Positions 1 to 9,391 of a DNA stretch of 29,159 nt are shown piece by piece. Origin of the DNA: Betaproteobacteria bacterium (lineage in GTDB: Bacteria > Pseudomonadota > Gammaproteobacteria > Burkholderiales > Burkholderiaceae_C). The stretch is taken from NCBI GenBank assembly GCA_050256835.1, contig JBLMVT010000012.1, positions 1-29,159 on the forward strand, written 5' to 3'. The stretch's first letter is position 1, and the number at the start of each line of letters is the position of its first letter. The notes below the pieces were generated by a model that was not told where the DNA came from, did not search any database, and saw only the letters and a list, made by a program, of their open reading frames with translations. Position numbers and translations under genes: made by a program.

Positions 1-936
1 CGCGTGCGCATCACGGTGCAGCTGATCGACGCCGAGACCAACCGCCACCTCTGGGCCGAGCGCTACGACCGCGAGCTGGCCGACATCTTCGCGATCCAGG
101 ACGAGGTCACGCAGGCGATCGTCGCCACCCTGCCCGGGCGCGTCGAGGCCGCCTCGCGCGACCGCGCTGCGCGCAAGACGCCCGACAGCCTGGCCGCCTG
201 GGAATGGGTGCTCAACGCCAAGACGCTGCACCACCGCAGCCAGCCCGAGGCCAACGCGCAGGCGCAGGCGATGCTCGAGCGCGCGCTCGCGCTCGACCCG
301 AGCTACGCCCACGCGCACGCCTGGAAGGCCTGCGTGCTCGGCCAGACCTGGGTCAACGGCTGGTGCGCCGACCGCGAGGCGACGCAGGCGCTGATCGCCG
401 CCGAGCTGCAGCGCGCGCTGGCGCTCGACAACAACGACAGCGACACGCACCGCATCCTGGCCGCGGTGCACCTGATCCGCAACCAGCACGACCGCGCGCT
501 CTACCACCAGCAGCGCGCGCTCGAGCTGAACCCGAACGACGACCTGATCGTCGTGCAGCAGGGCGAGATGCTGACCTGGATCGGCGAGCCCGAGGCCGGC
601 ATCGAGTGGATCAGGAAGGCGATGCGGCTCAACCCGTACCACCCCGAGCGCTTCTGGAGCCACCTCGGGCGCGCCTACTTCGTCGCCCGCCGCTACGCCG
701 AGGCGATCGACGCCTTCGTCCGCATCACCGCGCCGGAGCCGACGCACCACGCCTTCCTCGCCGCCTGCCATGCGCGGCTCGGCGACGCCGCCGCCGTGCC
801 GCCGCACCGCGCGGCGGTGCTCGCCGCCGCGCCGCAGTACACCGTCGAGGCCTGCCTCGCGACGCAGTACTACCGCCGCGACGAGGACCGCGAGCACCAC
901 CGCCAGAGCCTGCTGGCGGCCGGCTTCGCGCCCTGA
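1..936 (+). CDS. 5'-truncated protein: TolB-like module followed by TPR repeats (C-terminal half typical of adenylate-cyclase/TPR or wHTH/TPR proteins)
   Basis: Frame is open from base 1. RITVQLIDAETNRHLWAERYDRELADIFAIQDEV is the characteristic TolB-like segment, followed by TPR-like helices (ERALALDPSYAHAHA, RALELNPND, KAMRLNPY). The N-terminal domain lies outside the window, so cyclase identity cannot be confirmed. Confidence 0.8.
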   Translation, partial: RVRITVQLIDAETNRHLWAERYDRELADIFAIQDEVTQAIVATLPGRVEAASRDRAARKTPDSLAAWEWVLNAKTLHHRSQPEANAQAQAMLERALALDPSYAHAHAWKACVLGQTWVNGWCADREATQALIAAELQRALALDNNDSDTHRILAAVHLIRNQHDRALYHQQRALELNPNDDLIVVQQGEMLTWIGEPEAGIEWIRKAMRLNPYHPERFWSHLGRAYFVARRYAEAIDAFVRITAPEPTHHAFLAACHARLGDAAAVPPHRAAVLAAAPQYTVEACLATQYYRRDEDREHHRQSLLAAGFAP

Positions 937-946
937 GCGACGCGGC

Positions 947-2044
947 TCAGCCGCGCAGCCGGTACGCCGGCAGCGGCCGGTGGAAGCCCCTGAGCCGAAG
1001 CTCGCCGGCGGACTCGGCGGCGAAGTCGCCTTCCAGCTCGGCCATGACGCGCTGCGCCACCAGCACCTCGCCGGCGCGCGCCTCGCCGCACAGGCGCGCC
1101 GCGAGGTTGGTGACGGTGCCGATGGCGCCGTAGTCGATGCGCCCCGGAAAGCCGATGCCGCCGAGCGTGGCGAAGCCCTGCGCGATACCGACGCCCATGC
1201 CGAGGTCGTAGCCGCGCTTGCTCCAGCCGGCGGCCAGCCGCGCCACCTCGCGCTGCATCGCCAGCGCCATGCGCGCGGCACGCTGCGCCGGGTCGGGCAC
1301 CGGCTGCGGGTCGTTGAAGAAGACCATGATGCCGTCGCCCGTGAAGCGTTCCAGCGTGCCTTCGTGATCGAGGATCAGGCGCCCCATCGCGGCGTGGTAC
1401 TCGGCCAGCACGCCCATCACCTCCTCCGGGTCGGCGGTCTCGGTGAACGCGGTGAAGCCGCGCAGATCCAGGAAGACGACGGTGATCTCGCGGCGGTGGC
1501 TCTTCAGAGGATCGTCGGCGCCGCCGCCGACGATCGCCTCGGCGAGCTGCGGCGAGAAGAAGCGCTTGAGCCGCCCGACGCGCTCGAGCTCGCGCACGCC
1601 CTCGGCCACGCGCTGCTCGAGCGAACGGTTCCATTCGGCCAGCTCGGCCTTCTGCCGCTGCACCTCGTCGTACAGCGTCTTGATGCGCAGCAGCGAGCGC
1701 ACCCTGGCCAGCAACTCGGCCTGGTTGACCGGCTTGGTGAGGAAGTCGTCGGCGCCGGCCTCCAGCCCCTTGACGCGCTCGGCCGCAGGGTCGAGCGCGG
1801 TGACGAGCACGATCGGCAGCATGGCATGGCGCGGGTCGGCGCGCACCGCCTGGCAGACCTCGTAGCCGCTCATGCCCGGCATCATCACGTCGAGCAGGAC
1901 CAGGTCGGGCGCCTCGGCCTCGATCGCTGCCAGCGCCTCGGCGCCCGATGCCGCGGTGACCGTCGCGTAGCCCTTCACGCCGAGCACGTCGGCGAGCAGC
2001 TTGACGTTCTTGGCGACGTCGTCGACGACGAGGATCTTTTGCAC
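947..2044 (-). CDS. Response regulator receiver domain fused to a class III (adenylate/guanylate) cyclase domain
   Basis: REC: ILVVDD, DLVLLDVMMP, DDFLTKP. A coiled-coil linker leads to the cyclase: VFLDLRGFT (metal Asp), RFTGDG (second Asp), TNLAARL (Asn/Arg). GTG start lies 1 nt after the upstream stop. Confidence 0.92.
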   Translation of the reverse strand: MQKILVVDDVAKNVKLLADVLGVKGYATVTAASGAEALAAIEAEAPDLVLLDVMMPGMSGYEVCQAVRADPRHAMLPIVLVTALDPAAERVKGLEAGADDFLTKPVNQAELLARVRSLLRIKTLYDEVQRQKAELAEWNRSLEQRVAEGVRELERVGRLKRFFSPQLAEAIVGGGADDPLKSHRREITVVFLDLRGFTAFTETADPEEVMGVLAEYHAAMGRLILDHEGTLERFTGDGIMVFFNDPQPVPDPAQRAARMALAMQREVARLAAGWSKRGYDLGMGVGIAQGFATLGGIGFPGRIDYGAIGTVTNLAARLCGEARAGEVLVAQRVMAELEGDFAAESAGELRLRGFHRPLPAYRLRG

Positions 2045-2045
2045 G

Positions 2046-2426
2046 TCAGAGCGGCCTGCGGCCGCCGGCGAGGAAGCGCTGCACCGTGTCGAGGAAGGCC
2101 TTCAGCGCGATCGGCTTGGTGACGTAGGCGTCGAAGCCCGAGGCGACGATCTTCTGCTGCTCGTCGGGCATCACCGAGGCCGACACGGCGAGCACCGGCG
2201 TGGCCGCCAGGGCCGCGTCCTTGCGGATCGTGGCCAGCGCCGTGATGCCATCGATGTCGGGCAGCTGGATGTCCATCAGGATCAGGTCGGGGCGGCGCTC
2301 CGACGCCAGCCGCACGCCCTCCCCGCCGGTCACGGCCTCGATCGTGTCGTGACCCTGGTGGCGCAGGATGTCGCGCACCAGCTTCATGTTCTTTTCGTTG
2401 TCCTCGACGATCAGGATGGTGCTCAT
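2046..2426 (-). CDS. Single-domain response regulator (DivK/CheY-like), 126 aa
   Basis: MSTILIVEDNEKN...PDLILMDIQLPDIDG...DAYVTKP. ATG at 2426 overlaps the kinase stop (ATGA). The longer 2046..2795 ORF extension overlaps the kinase and is not credible. Confidence 0.93.
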   Translation of the reverse strand: MSTILIVEDNEKNMKLVRDILRHQGHDTIEAVTGGEGVRLASERRPDLILMDIQLPDIDGITALATIRKDAALAATPVLAVSASVMPDEQQKIVASGFDAYVTKPIALKAFLDTVQRFLAGGRRPL

Positions 2427-5400
2427 GGGGTGGCTCCCACCGCCTCCGGCGTGCGCTCGGGAAGGATAAAGGCAAACGTCGATCCCCGGCCCGGCGCGCT
2501 CTCGACGCGGATCGTTCCGCCGTGCAACTCGACGAAGCGCCGGGCCAGTGACAGCCCGAGGCCGGTGCCCTCGCTCTTGCGCAGGTAGTCGCCGCTGGCC
2601 TGGCGGAATTCCTCGAACACGAGAGCCTGCTGGTCGGGCGCGATGCCGACGCCGGTGTCGATCACGGCGATCTCGACCGCGCCGTTGCTGCGCCGCGCGC
2701 GCAACGTGACGCGGCCGCCGGGCGGAGTGAACTTGACCGCGTTCGACAGCAGGTTGATGACGATCTGCTTGACCTTGCGCGCGTCGGCCACCCACTCGTC
2801 GACCCCCTCGCCCACGTCGAGCGTCAGCATCAGGCCGTGGCGGGTGGCGCGCTCGCGCACCAGCGTCATCGAGTTGTCGAGCAGCAGCCCGAGGTCGAAC
2901 GACGACAGCTCCAGCTCCATGCGGCCGGCCTCGATCTTCGACAGGTCGAGGATGTCGTTGATGAGCGAGAGCAGGTGCTGCCCGGAGGAGTGGATGTCGC
3001 GCAGGTATTCGAGCTGCTTCTCGTTGACCTCGCCGAACATCTGCTCGGCCAGCACCTCGGAAAAGCCGATGATGGCGTTCAGCGGCGTTCGCAGCTCGTG
3101 GCTCATGTTGGCGAGGAACTCGCTCTTGTGCTTGTTGGCCGTCTCGAGTTCACGGCTCTTGGCCTGGATCTCCTCGAACAGCCGCGCGTTCTGGATCGCG
3201 ATCACCGCCTGGTCGGCGAAGGTCCTGAGCAGCGCGATCTCCTTGTCCGAGAACGGGCCGGCGGTGCTGCGTGCCACGCTGATGACGCCGATGCCGCGGC
3301 CCTCCCACAGCAGCGGCGCGAGGATCAGCGAGCGGGTCCCGACGGTGCTCGCGGCACGCCTGACGTAGGGCGGCACGTCGGCGCCATGCTCGACGTCCGG
3401 GTAGTGCATGACGCGCCGCTCCAGGATGGCCGAGCCCGAACCCGACTCGCGCGACAGCGGCACGGGGAAGCTGCGGGCGAAGTCCTCGCGGTTCGCCGCC
3501 GGGCCGTGCTGCGCCACGAGGTGGATCAGGCCATCCTCGCCGACCAGGTTGATCGCCATGTGCAGGCCGCCGAACAGCCGCTCGCAGCTGGCCAGGATCG
3601 CCTCGAACACCGGCGTCGCGTCGGCCACCGAGCCGCTGATCACCTGCAGGATCTGCGCGGTGGCAGTCTGCTGCTCGAGCGCCTCGCGTGTCTCGTTGAA
3701 CAGGCGCACGTTCTCGATCGCAATCACCGCTTGGTCGGCGAAGGTCTGCACCAAAGCGATCTCCGCTGGAGTGAACGGGCGCACCTGCTTGCGCAGCAGG
3801 CCGATCGTGCCGATGGCGGCGCCTTCACGCATCATCGGTACGGCCAGCACGGTGCGAAAGCCGTGGCGACGCTGCACCTCGCGCGCGTCGGGATACTGCG
3901 TGTCGACGAGCGGCTCAATGTCCTCGATGTGCACCACGCGGCGCTCGACGAAGGCGCGCCCGACGGTGGAGGTCGCTCGCATCGGCAGCAGCTCGCCGCG
4001 GCCGCGCTGCGTGCCGTCGGCGCTTCGGTAGCCGGTCATCGCGCGCAGCCGGTCGCCGTCGGGCAGCCAGATGCGGCTGCCCTCGGCGCGGCACAGCGCC
4101 GCCGAACGCTGCGCCACCGCGTCGAGCACCGGCTGCACGTCCGTGGGCGACTCGCTGATCACGCGCAGGATGTCGCTCGTCGCCGTCTGCCGCTCGAGCG
4201 CCTCCTTGGTCTCGTTGAACAGGCGCACGTTCTCGATCGCGATCACGGCTTGGTCGGCGAAGGTCTGCAGCAGTCGCACCAGTTTGTCGGCGAACGGCCC
4301 CGGCTCCTCGCGACAGACCGCTATCGAGCCGATGACCTGGCCCTCGCGCAGCATCGGCACCGCCATATTGCTGCGGAAGCCGGCGCGCCGCGTCGCATCC
4401 TTGAGCGCGTAGTCCGGGTCGGCGAGCACGTCGGCGATCTGCACCGGCCGGCGCTCGAGGATCGCGCGCGCGGTGATGGCGCCGCGGCCGACCTTCATCG
4501 GGAACGCTTGGCGCATGGCCTCGGCCGCCTGGGCCGTCACGCCACGGTAGGCCACCAGCTGGACCTGGTCCCCTTCGAGCCGCGCCACGCCGCCGATGTT
4601 CGCGCCGCTCAGCGCCATCGCGTGCTCGGCGATCGCGTCGAACACCGGCTGCACGTCGGTCGGCGACTCGCTGATGACTTTGAGGATGTCGGCCAGCGCG
4701 GTCTGCTGCTCGAGCGCCTCGCGCGTCTCGTTGAACAGGCGCACGTTCTCGATCGCGATCACAGCCTGGTCGGCGAAGGTCTGCAGCAGCCGCACCAGCT
4801 TGTCGGGGAACAGGCCGGGCGCCTCGCGGCAGACCCCGAGCGACCCGATCACCTGGCCCTCGCGCAGCAGCGGGACGGCCATGTTGGCGCGATAGCCGGC
4901 GCTGCTGGCTGCCCCCTTCAGGCCGTAGTCCGCGTCCGCCAGCACGTCGGGAATCTGCACCGGCGCGCGCTCCTGGATCGCCCTGACCAGCGTCGCGCGG
5001 CGCCCGAGCGGCATCGGATAGGCGGCGCGCATCGTCTCGGCGGCCTCGGGCGACGTGCCGCGGAAGGCGACCAGGTGCACCGACTCGCCGTCGAAGCGGG
5101 CGACGGCGCCGATCATCGCCCCGCACAGCGTCATGGCGCGCTCGGCGATGGCGTCGAACACCGGCTGCACGTCGGTCGGCGACTGGCTGATGACCTTGAG
5201 CACCTCGGCGGCGGCGGTCTGCTGCTCGAGCGCCTCGCGCGTCTCGTTGAACAGGCGCACGTTCTCGATCGCGATCACCGCCTGGTCGGCGAAGGTCCCC
5301 GCCAGCGCGATCTCTGGGTCGGTGAAGGCGCCGCGCGCGACGCGCAGCACGGCAATGCCGAACTCGGCGCGCCCGCCGCGCACCATCGGCACGAACAACC

Positions 5401-7372
5401 CCGATCCGTAGCCCAGCGCGACCGCCAGCTCGCGCATGCGCGGCAACTGGGGGATGGCCGCCTCGGTGTCGGCAATGTTGAGCACGCGCGCATCGAGCAT
5501 GCACGTGCCGATGGCGCTGCCGCGGTCGAGCGGCCAGTGCGCGAGCACCTTCCCGGCCGCCTCGTCGAGCGCCTCGTCGCGCGCCACGGCGAGCGGCTCG
5601 ATCAGGCCGTCGCGGGCGCGCACCAGCACGGCAGTGCGGCCCTGGAACAGGCGCTGGCAGGCGTGCACGATGGCCTCGAACACCGGCTGGGTGTCGGTCG
5701 GCGAGCTGCTGATGACGCGCAGGATCTCGGCGATCGCAGTCTGCTTGTCGAGCGCCTCGCGCGTCTCGTTGAGCAGCCGCACGTTCTCGATCGCTATCAC
5801 CGCCTGGTCGGCGAAGGTCTGCAGCAGCTCGATCTGCCGCGGCGGCGTCGGCCCCGGGTCCGGCCACGCCAGCACGATGGCGCCGACCGGCACGCCGTCC
5901 TTCAGCAGCGGCGCGCCGATCATGCGGCGCCACCGGCCGAGGTGCGCGTTCGTCTGGTCGTAGTCGGGGTCGGAGAAGGTGTCCTCCTCGACCTGCAGCC
6001 GGCCCGATAGGATGACGCGGCCGCTGATCATCTGGCGGCTCGGCGGGCCGGGGTAGAAGCGGCGCGCGTCCTCGATCGCCTCGGCCGTCCAGTTGCGAAC
6101 CGCCACCTGGTGCACCAGCTCGCCGTCGTAGCGGAAGATCGCCGACAGCGGCGTGCCGAACAGCCGCGTTGCGCTGTCGAGGATCGCCTCGAACACCGGC
6201 GCGACGTCGGTTGTCGACCGGCTGATGACCCGCAGCACCTCGCTGATCGCGGTCTGCTGGGCGAGCGACTCGCTCAGCTCGGCGGTGCGCTGCTCGACCT
6301 TGCGCTCGAGCCCGGCGTACGACTCCTGCAGCGCCGCGGCCATGCGGTTGAACTGCTCGGCCAGGCCCTCCAGTTCGTCGCCGGTCTTGACCACGATGCG
6401 CCGCTCGAGCTCGCCGGCGCCCAGGCGCACCGCGCCTTCCTGGATGCTGCGGATCGGCCGCACCAGCGCGCGCGCGAGGAAGAAGCTCGCCACCATGGAC
6501 AGCAGCAGTCCCGCGGCGAGCAGCAGGCCCAGCCGCTCGACCGAGGCGTACAGCGGCGCCAGCGCCTCGGCGCGCGGCGACTCGACGAACACCTGCCAGC
6601 CGAGCGTGCGGATCGGCGCGTGTGCGGCAAACACCGGCTGGCCGGCGAGGTCGTGCGCCTCCGGCGCAGCCTCCGCGCCCAGCGCCGCCACCTGCGGCAG
6701 CGAACGCATGTCGATCTTCTTCAGCACCAGGCTGATGTCGGGGTGGGCGATCAGCGTTCCGGTGTCGTCGACCACGTAGGCCAGACCCTTCTTGCCGACG
6801 TGGATGCGCGACACCACCTCCCACACGAACTTGAGGTTGACCTCGGCCGCCGTGACGCCGCCGGCACCACCGGCCGGCCGCGCGATGGTGAGGTAGGGCT
6901 CGGTTTCCTTGCGGAAATACACCGGGCCGGTCCAGGTCTTGCCGGATTTCGCGACGAGGAAGCGAGGCTCCTTCGACACGTCGGTGCCGGCGCTGATCGT
7001 GTCCATCGCCAGCCGCGACACGCGCAGCTGCTCGTGGCCGGTGGCGTCGATCCAGGCCACCTCGGTGATCGCCGGCACCTGGCGCAGCAGCTTGAGGTAT
7101 TCGATGCGCCGGCCCTCGACCGGGTTGCCGCCGCCGGCATCGAGCGTCGGCAGCGCCGTCCAGCCGAGCTGCTGCTCGATGCCCTGCACGTACTGCTCGA
7201 TGCGCGTCGCCGCACCCTCGGCCTTCTCGACCTGCAGCGCGACCAGGTGCTGGCGTGTCTCGCGCCACGAGAAATACAGGCTGACCGCGCTGGCCGCCAG
7301 CAGCATGCCGCCAACCAGCGCGATGATCAGCAGCGCGTACTTGGGGAATAGGCGCCAGCGGCGGGCGGTCAT
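2423..7372 (-). CDS. Membrane sensor histidine kinase, 1649 aa: TM - periplasmic Cache-like domain - TM - HAMP - six GAF domains - HisKA - HATPase
   Basis: Start MTARRWRLFPKYALL overlaps the upstream stop (ATGA). Two hydrophobic segments; HAMP (LVRPIRSIQEGA...GDELEGLAEQFNRMA); six repeats ending FADQAVIAI(E/Q)N; H-box FLANMSHELRTPLNAIIG; N-box NLLSNAVKFT; G boxes DTGVGI and GTGLGL. Confidence 0.93.
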   Translation of the reverse strand: MTARRWRLFPKYALLIIALVGGMLLAASAVSLYFSWRETRQHLVALQVEKAEGAATRIEQYVQGIEQQLGWTALPTLDAGGGNPVEGRRIEYLKLLRQVPAITEVAWIDATGHEQLRVSRLAMDTISAGTDVSKEPRFLVAKSGKTWTGPVYFRKETEPYLTIARPAGGAGGVTAAEVNLKFVWEVVSRIHVGKKGLAYVVDDTGTLIAHPDISLVLKKIDMRSLPQVAALGAEAAPEAHDLAGQPVFAAHAPIRTLGWQVFVESPRAEALAPLYASVERLGLLLAAGLLLSMVASFFLARALVRPIRSIQEGAVRLGAGELERRIVVKTGDELEGLAEQFNRMAAALQESYAGLERKVEQRTAELSESLAQQTAISEVLRVISRSTTDVAPVFEAILDSATRLFGTPLSAIFRYDGELVHQVAVRNWTAEAIEDARRFYPGPPSRQMISGRVILSGRLQVEEDTFSDPDYDQTNAHLGRWRRMIGAPLLKDGVPVGAIVLAWPDPGPTPPRQIELLQTFADQAVIAIENVRLLNETREALDKQTAIAEILRVISSSPTDTQPVFEAIVHACQRLFQGRTAVLVRARDGLIEPLAVARDEALDEAAGKVLAHWPLDRGSAIGTCMLDARVLNIADTEAAIPQLPRMRELAVALGYGSGLFVPMVRGGRAEFGIAVLRVARGAFTDPEIALAGTFADQAVIAIENVRLFNETREALEQQTAAAEVLKVISQSPTDVQPVFDAIAERAMTLCGAMIGAVARFDGESVHLVAFRGTSPEAAETMRAAYPMPLGRRATLVRAIQERAPVQIPDVLADADYGLKGAASSAGYRANMAVPLLREGQVIGSLGVCREAPGLFPDKLVRLLQTFADQAVIAIENVRLFNETREALEQQTALADILKVISESPTDVQPVFDAIAEHAMALSGANIGGVARLEGDQVQLVAYRGVTAQAAEAMRQAFPMKVGRGAITARAILERRPVQIADVLADPDYALKDATRRAGFRSNMAVPMLREGQVIGSIAVCREEPGPFADKLVRLLQTFADQAVIAIENVRLFNETKEALERQTATSDILRVISESPTDVQPVLDAVAQRSAALCRAEGSRIWLPDGDRLRAMTGYRSADGTQRGRGELLPMRATSTVGRAFVERRVVHIEDIEPLVDTQYPDAREVQRRHGFRTVLAVPMMREGAAIGTIGLLRKQVRPFTPAEIALVQTFADQAVIAIENVRLFNETREALEQQTATAQILQVISGSVADATPVFEAILASCERLFGGLHMAINLVGEDGLIHLVAQHGPAANREDFARSFPVPLSRESGSGSAILERRVMHYPDVEHGADVPPYVRRAASTVGTRSLILAPLLWEGRGIGVISVARSTAGPFSDKEIALLRTFADQAVIAIQNARLFEEIQAKSRELETANKHKSEFLANMSHELRTPLNAIIGFSEVLAEQMFGEVNEKQLEYLRDIHSSGQHLLSLINDILDLSKIEAGRMELELSSFDLGLLLDNSMTLVRERATRHGLMLTLDVGEGVDEWVADARKVKQIVINLLSNAVKFTPPGGRVTLRARRSNGAVEIAVIDTGVGIAPDQQALVFEEFRQASGDYLRKSEGTGLGLSLARRFVELHGGTIRVESAPGRGSTFAFILPERTPEAVGATP
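3189..6275 (-). repeat. Six tandem GAF-coding repeats, period 516-522 bp
   Basis: The TTCT(C/G)GATCGC core (antisense of AI(E/Q)N) recurs at 5784, 5262, 4746, 4230, 3711 and 3189, giving spacings of 522, 516, 516, 519 and 522 bp. Confidence 0.9.
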
Positions 7373-8339
7373 TCGATCACTTGGTCGGCGCCAAGCAGCA
7401 CCTGCTCGGCGACGTGCAGACCCTGGGCCCGCCCAGCCTTCAGGTTGACGACGAACTCGAACTTCGCTGGCTGCTGGACCGGCAGTTCCGCCGGACTCGC
7501 GCCGCGCAAAATGCGATCGACATAAACGGCCGCGCGCCGATACTGGTCGCGGAGGTCGACGGCGTACGACATCAGCCCACCGGCTTGCGTGAAGACACTG
7601 TGCGGATACATGGCCGGCCGTCGCAGCGCGGCGATCGCCTCGACGATGCCGCGGCGCGCAACGAAGTAGAGCGTGTCGTCCTGCACGAACCACGCATCTT
7701 CGGCCGCATGGGCCATGATGGCCGGCCGCAGTTGCTCCTCGGCGCCTGCCCGGGCAAAGGTGAGCCGCAAACCAAGCGACTGTGCCGCCCGCTCGGTCTC
7801 GGGCTGCGCTTCCGGTCGGCCCGACAGCACCGCGACGCGCGCGATGCCGGGGAATGCCTCCTTCAGCAGCTGCATGCGCTTGCCGATCAGCTCGTCGCTC
7901 AGCGTCGCGAAGCCAGTGAGGTTGCCGCCCGGTCGCGCCAGGCTCGCCACCAACCCCATGCCGACCGGCCTAGGGACCGCGGCAAACACGACGGGGATCG
8001 ATGACGTCGCCGCCCTGGCCGCCGCCGCCGCGTTGCCTCCTGACGCCAGGATCACATCGGGACGCTGAGCGACGATTGCCGAGGCCAATGCTGGAAAGCG
8101 CTCCACGCGACCCTCGGCGAAGCGACGCTCGAGCACGAGATCGCGGCCCTCGACCCAGCCTTGAGCGCCCAGCTCGCCCCAGAAAGCGTCCCAGATCGCC
8201 TGCGTCTCGGGCGAGTCGGGACGCGAATTGCCCAGCCAGCCGATGCGCGGCAAGGTGCCGCGCTCGCGCGCCCACACCGGCTGCAATGCGAACAAAGCGC
8301 TGGCTGCGAAGAAGGCACGGCGGGCGGTCATTCGATCAC
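7359..8339. repeat. 22-bp exact direct repeat CGGCGGGCGGTCATTCGATCAC at 7359-7380 and 8318-8339, each spanning a stop/start junction
   Basis: Read directly from the sequence. A shorter third copy (TCATTCGATCAC) starts at 9311. Confidence 0.9.
7369..8331 (-). CDS. ABC-type substrate-binding protein (ABC_sub_bind / Trp-Tyr-like family), copy 1
   Basis: PRIGWL, RFAEG, PDVIL, GMGLVASLARPGGNLTG, GGLMSY, PAELPVQQPAKFEFVVNLK, ADQVIE. Twin-arginine-like N-terminus (ARRAFF). Confidence 0.88.
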   Translation of the reverse strand: MTARRAFFAASALFALQPVWARERGTLPRIGWLGNSRPDSPETQAIWDAFWGELGAQGWVEGRDLVLERRFAEGRVERFPALASAIVAQRPDVILASGGNAAAAARAATSSIPVVFAAVPRPVGMGLVASLARPGGNLTGFATLSDELIGKRMQLLKEAFPGIARVAVLSGRPEAQPETERAAQSLGLRLTFARAGAEEQLRPAIMAHAAEDAWFVQDDTLYFVARRGIVEAIAALRRPAMYPHSVFTQAGGLMSYAVDLRDQYRRAAVYVDRILRGASPAELPVQQPAKFEFVVNLKAGRAQGLHVAEQVLLGADQVIE

Positions 8340-9314
8340 CCGGTCCACGCGCAGCAGGAACGCCGGCGGCAGCGCGATGCCGAGCGCGCCAGCGACCCGC
8401 CGGTTCACGACGAGTTCGAAGCGGTTGGGCTGCTCGACCGGAATGTCCGCCGGCTGCACGCCATTCAGCACCTTGTCGACCAGATGAGCGGAGCGGCGCA
8501 ACTGGTCGTCGAGCGCACCGCCGTAGGCGAACAGTGCGCCGCCCTCGACCGCCTGGCTGCGGGTCGCCACGACCGGCACGCCATGTGTCGAGGCCAGCGC
8601 CGCCAGGTGCGCCGCGAGGTTGCCAGCGAGCGTCGAGCCGGTGAGGACGACGTCGACCTTCTGGGCCAGCAGTCGGGTCAGGGCGGCCTCGGTCTGCGCC
8701 GGATTCGACCCCTCGGCAACGATCATCGTGAAGCCGAGGTCCGGCGCAACCGCCCTGATCGCCGCCAGGTCGAAGTTCGCCCGGGGGTCGCGCCGGTCAC
8801 CGATGTAGCCGATGCGCCGTGCAGCCGGCAGTGCCTCGCGTACCAGATCGAGCCGCTTCGGTCCCAGCGAATCGGCGATCGTGACGATCCCGGTCACGTT
8901 GCCGCCGGGTCGAGCCAGGCTGGCGACGAGTCCGGCGCCGATCGGATCGCTGCCGGTCGCGAACACGATCGGGATCGTCCGCGTGGCGGCGCGCGCAGCA
9001 ACCGCAGCGGACTGCGGCGGCGCATAGATCACCTGCGGCGCGCGCGCGACCAGTTCGGCGGCCGCCCGGGTCAGCACTTCGGCACGGTCGTCGCCATAGG
9101 CTCGGTCGTACTCGATGCTGCCGCCCTCGATCCAGCCGATGCGCCTCATCTCGTCGTAGAACGGTGCCAGCGTCGCTTCCTCCTTCGCGCGCGTGCTGGG
9201 CGCCAGCACGCCGACCTTGCGCACGATCCGGCGGGGGTCCTGAGCCAGCGCGTCGTGGCTGAACGGCTGAATCGTGGCAGCCAGCGCACCGGTGATGATC
9301 CGCCGGCGTTTCAT
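8328..9314 (-). CDS. ABC-type substrate-binding protein (same family), copy 2
   Basis: KVGVL, IPIVF, DPIGAGLVASLARPGGNVTG, PADIPVEQPNRFELVVN, DRVIE. N-terminus MKRRRII followed by a hydrophobic stretch. Confidence 0.88.
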   Translation of the reverse strand: MKRRRIITGALAATIQPFSHDALAQDPRRIVRKVGVLAPSTRAKEEATLAPFYDEMRRIGWIEGGSIEYDRAYGDDRAEVLTRAAAELVARAPQVIYAPPQSAAVAARAATRTIPIVFATGSDPIGAGLVASLARPGGNVTGIVTIADSLGPKRLDLVREALPAARRIGYIGDRRDPRANFDLAAIRAVAPDLGFTMIVAEGSNPAQTEAALTRLLAQKVDVVLTGSTLAGNLAAHLAALASTHGVPVVATRSQAVEGGALFAYGGALDDQLRRSAHLVDKVLNGVQPADIPVEQPNRFELVVNRRVAGALGIALPPAFLLRVDRVIE

Positions 9315-9391
9315 TCGATCACCCTGTCGGGGCGCAGCACGATCGACAGCGGCCCGAAGGGCCTCGCCGGTCGAGTCGCGTCGTCTTGCAT
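9311..9391 (-). pseudogene. 26-codon mini-ORF, probable internally deleted remnant of a fourth substrate-binding-protein gene
   Basis: Manual translation gives MQDDATRPARPFGPLSIVLRPDRVIE*. GGAGG lies 9 nt upstream of the ATG, the C-terminus matches the neighbours (LLRVDRVIE, LSRADEVIE), and its TGA overlaps the ATG of copy 2. Confidence 0.6.

Noticed and set aside
933-950. CTGAGC-N6-GCTCAG hairpin between convergent genes
   Set aside because: It is largely formed by the two facing stop codons, is short, and has no U-tract.
2837-7268. Very long alternative ORFs (2837..6010 +, 3915..7268 -, 6110..7351 +)
   Set aside because: They are shadow frames of the GAF kinase in high-GC DNA, are Arg/Ala/Gly-rich with no motifs, and their repeats simply mirror the GAF repeats.
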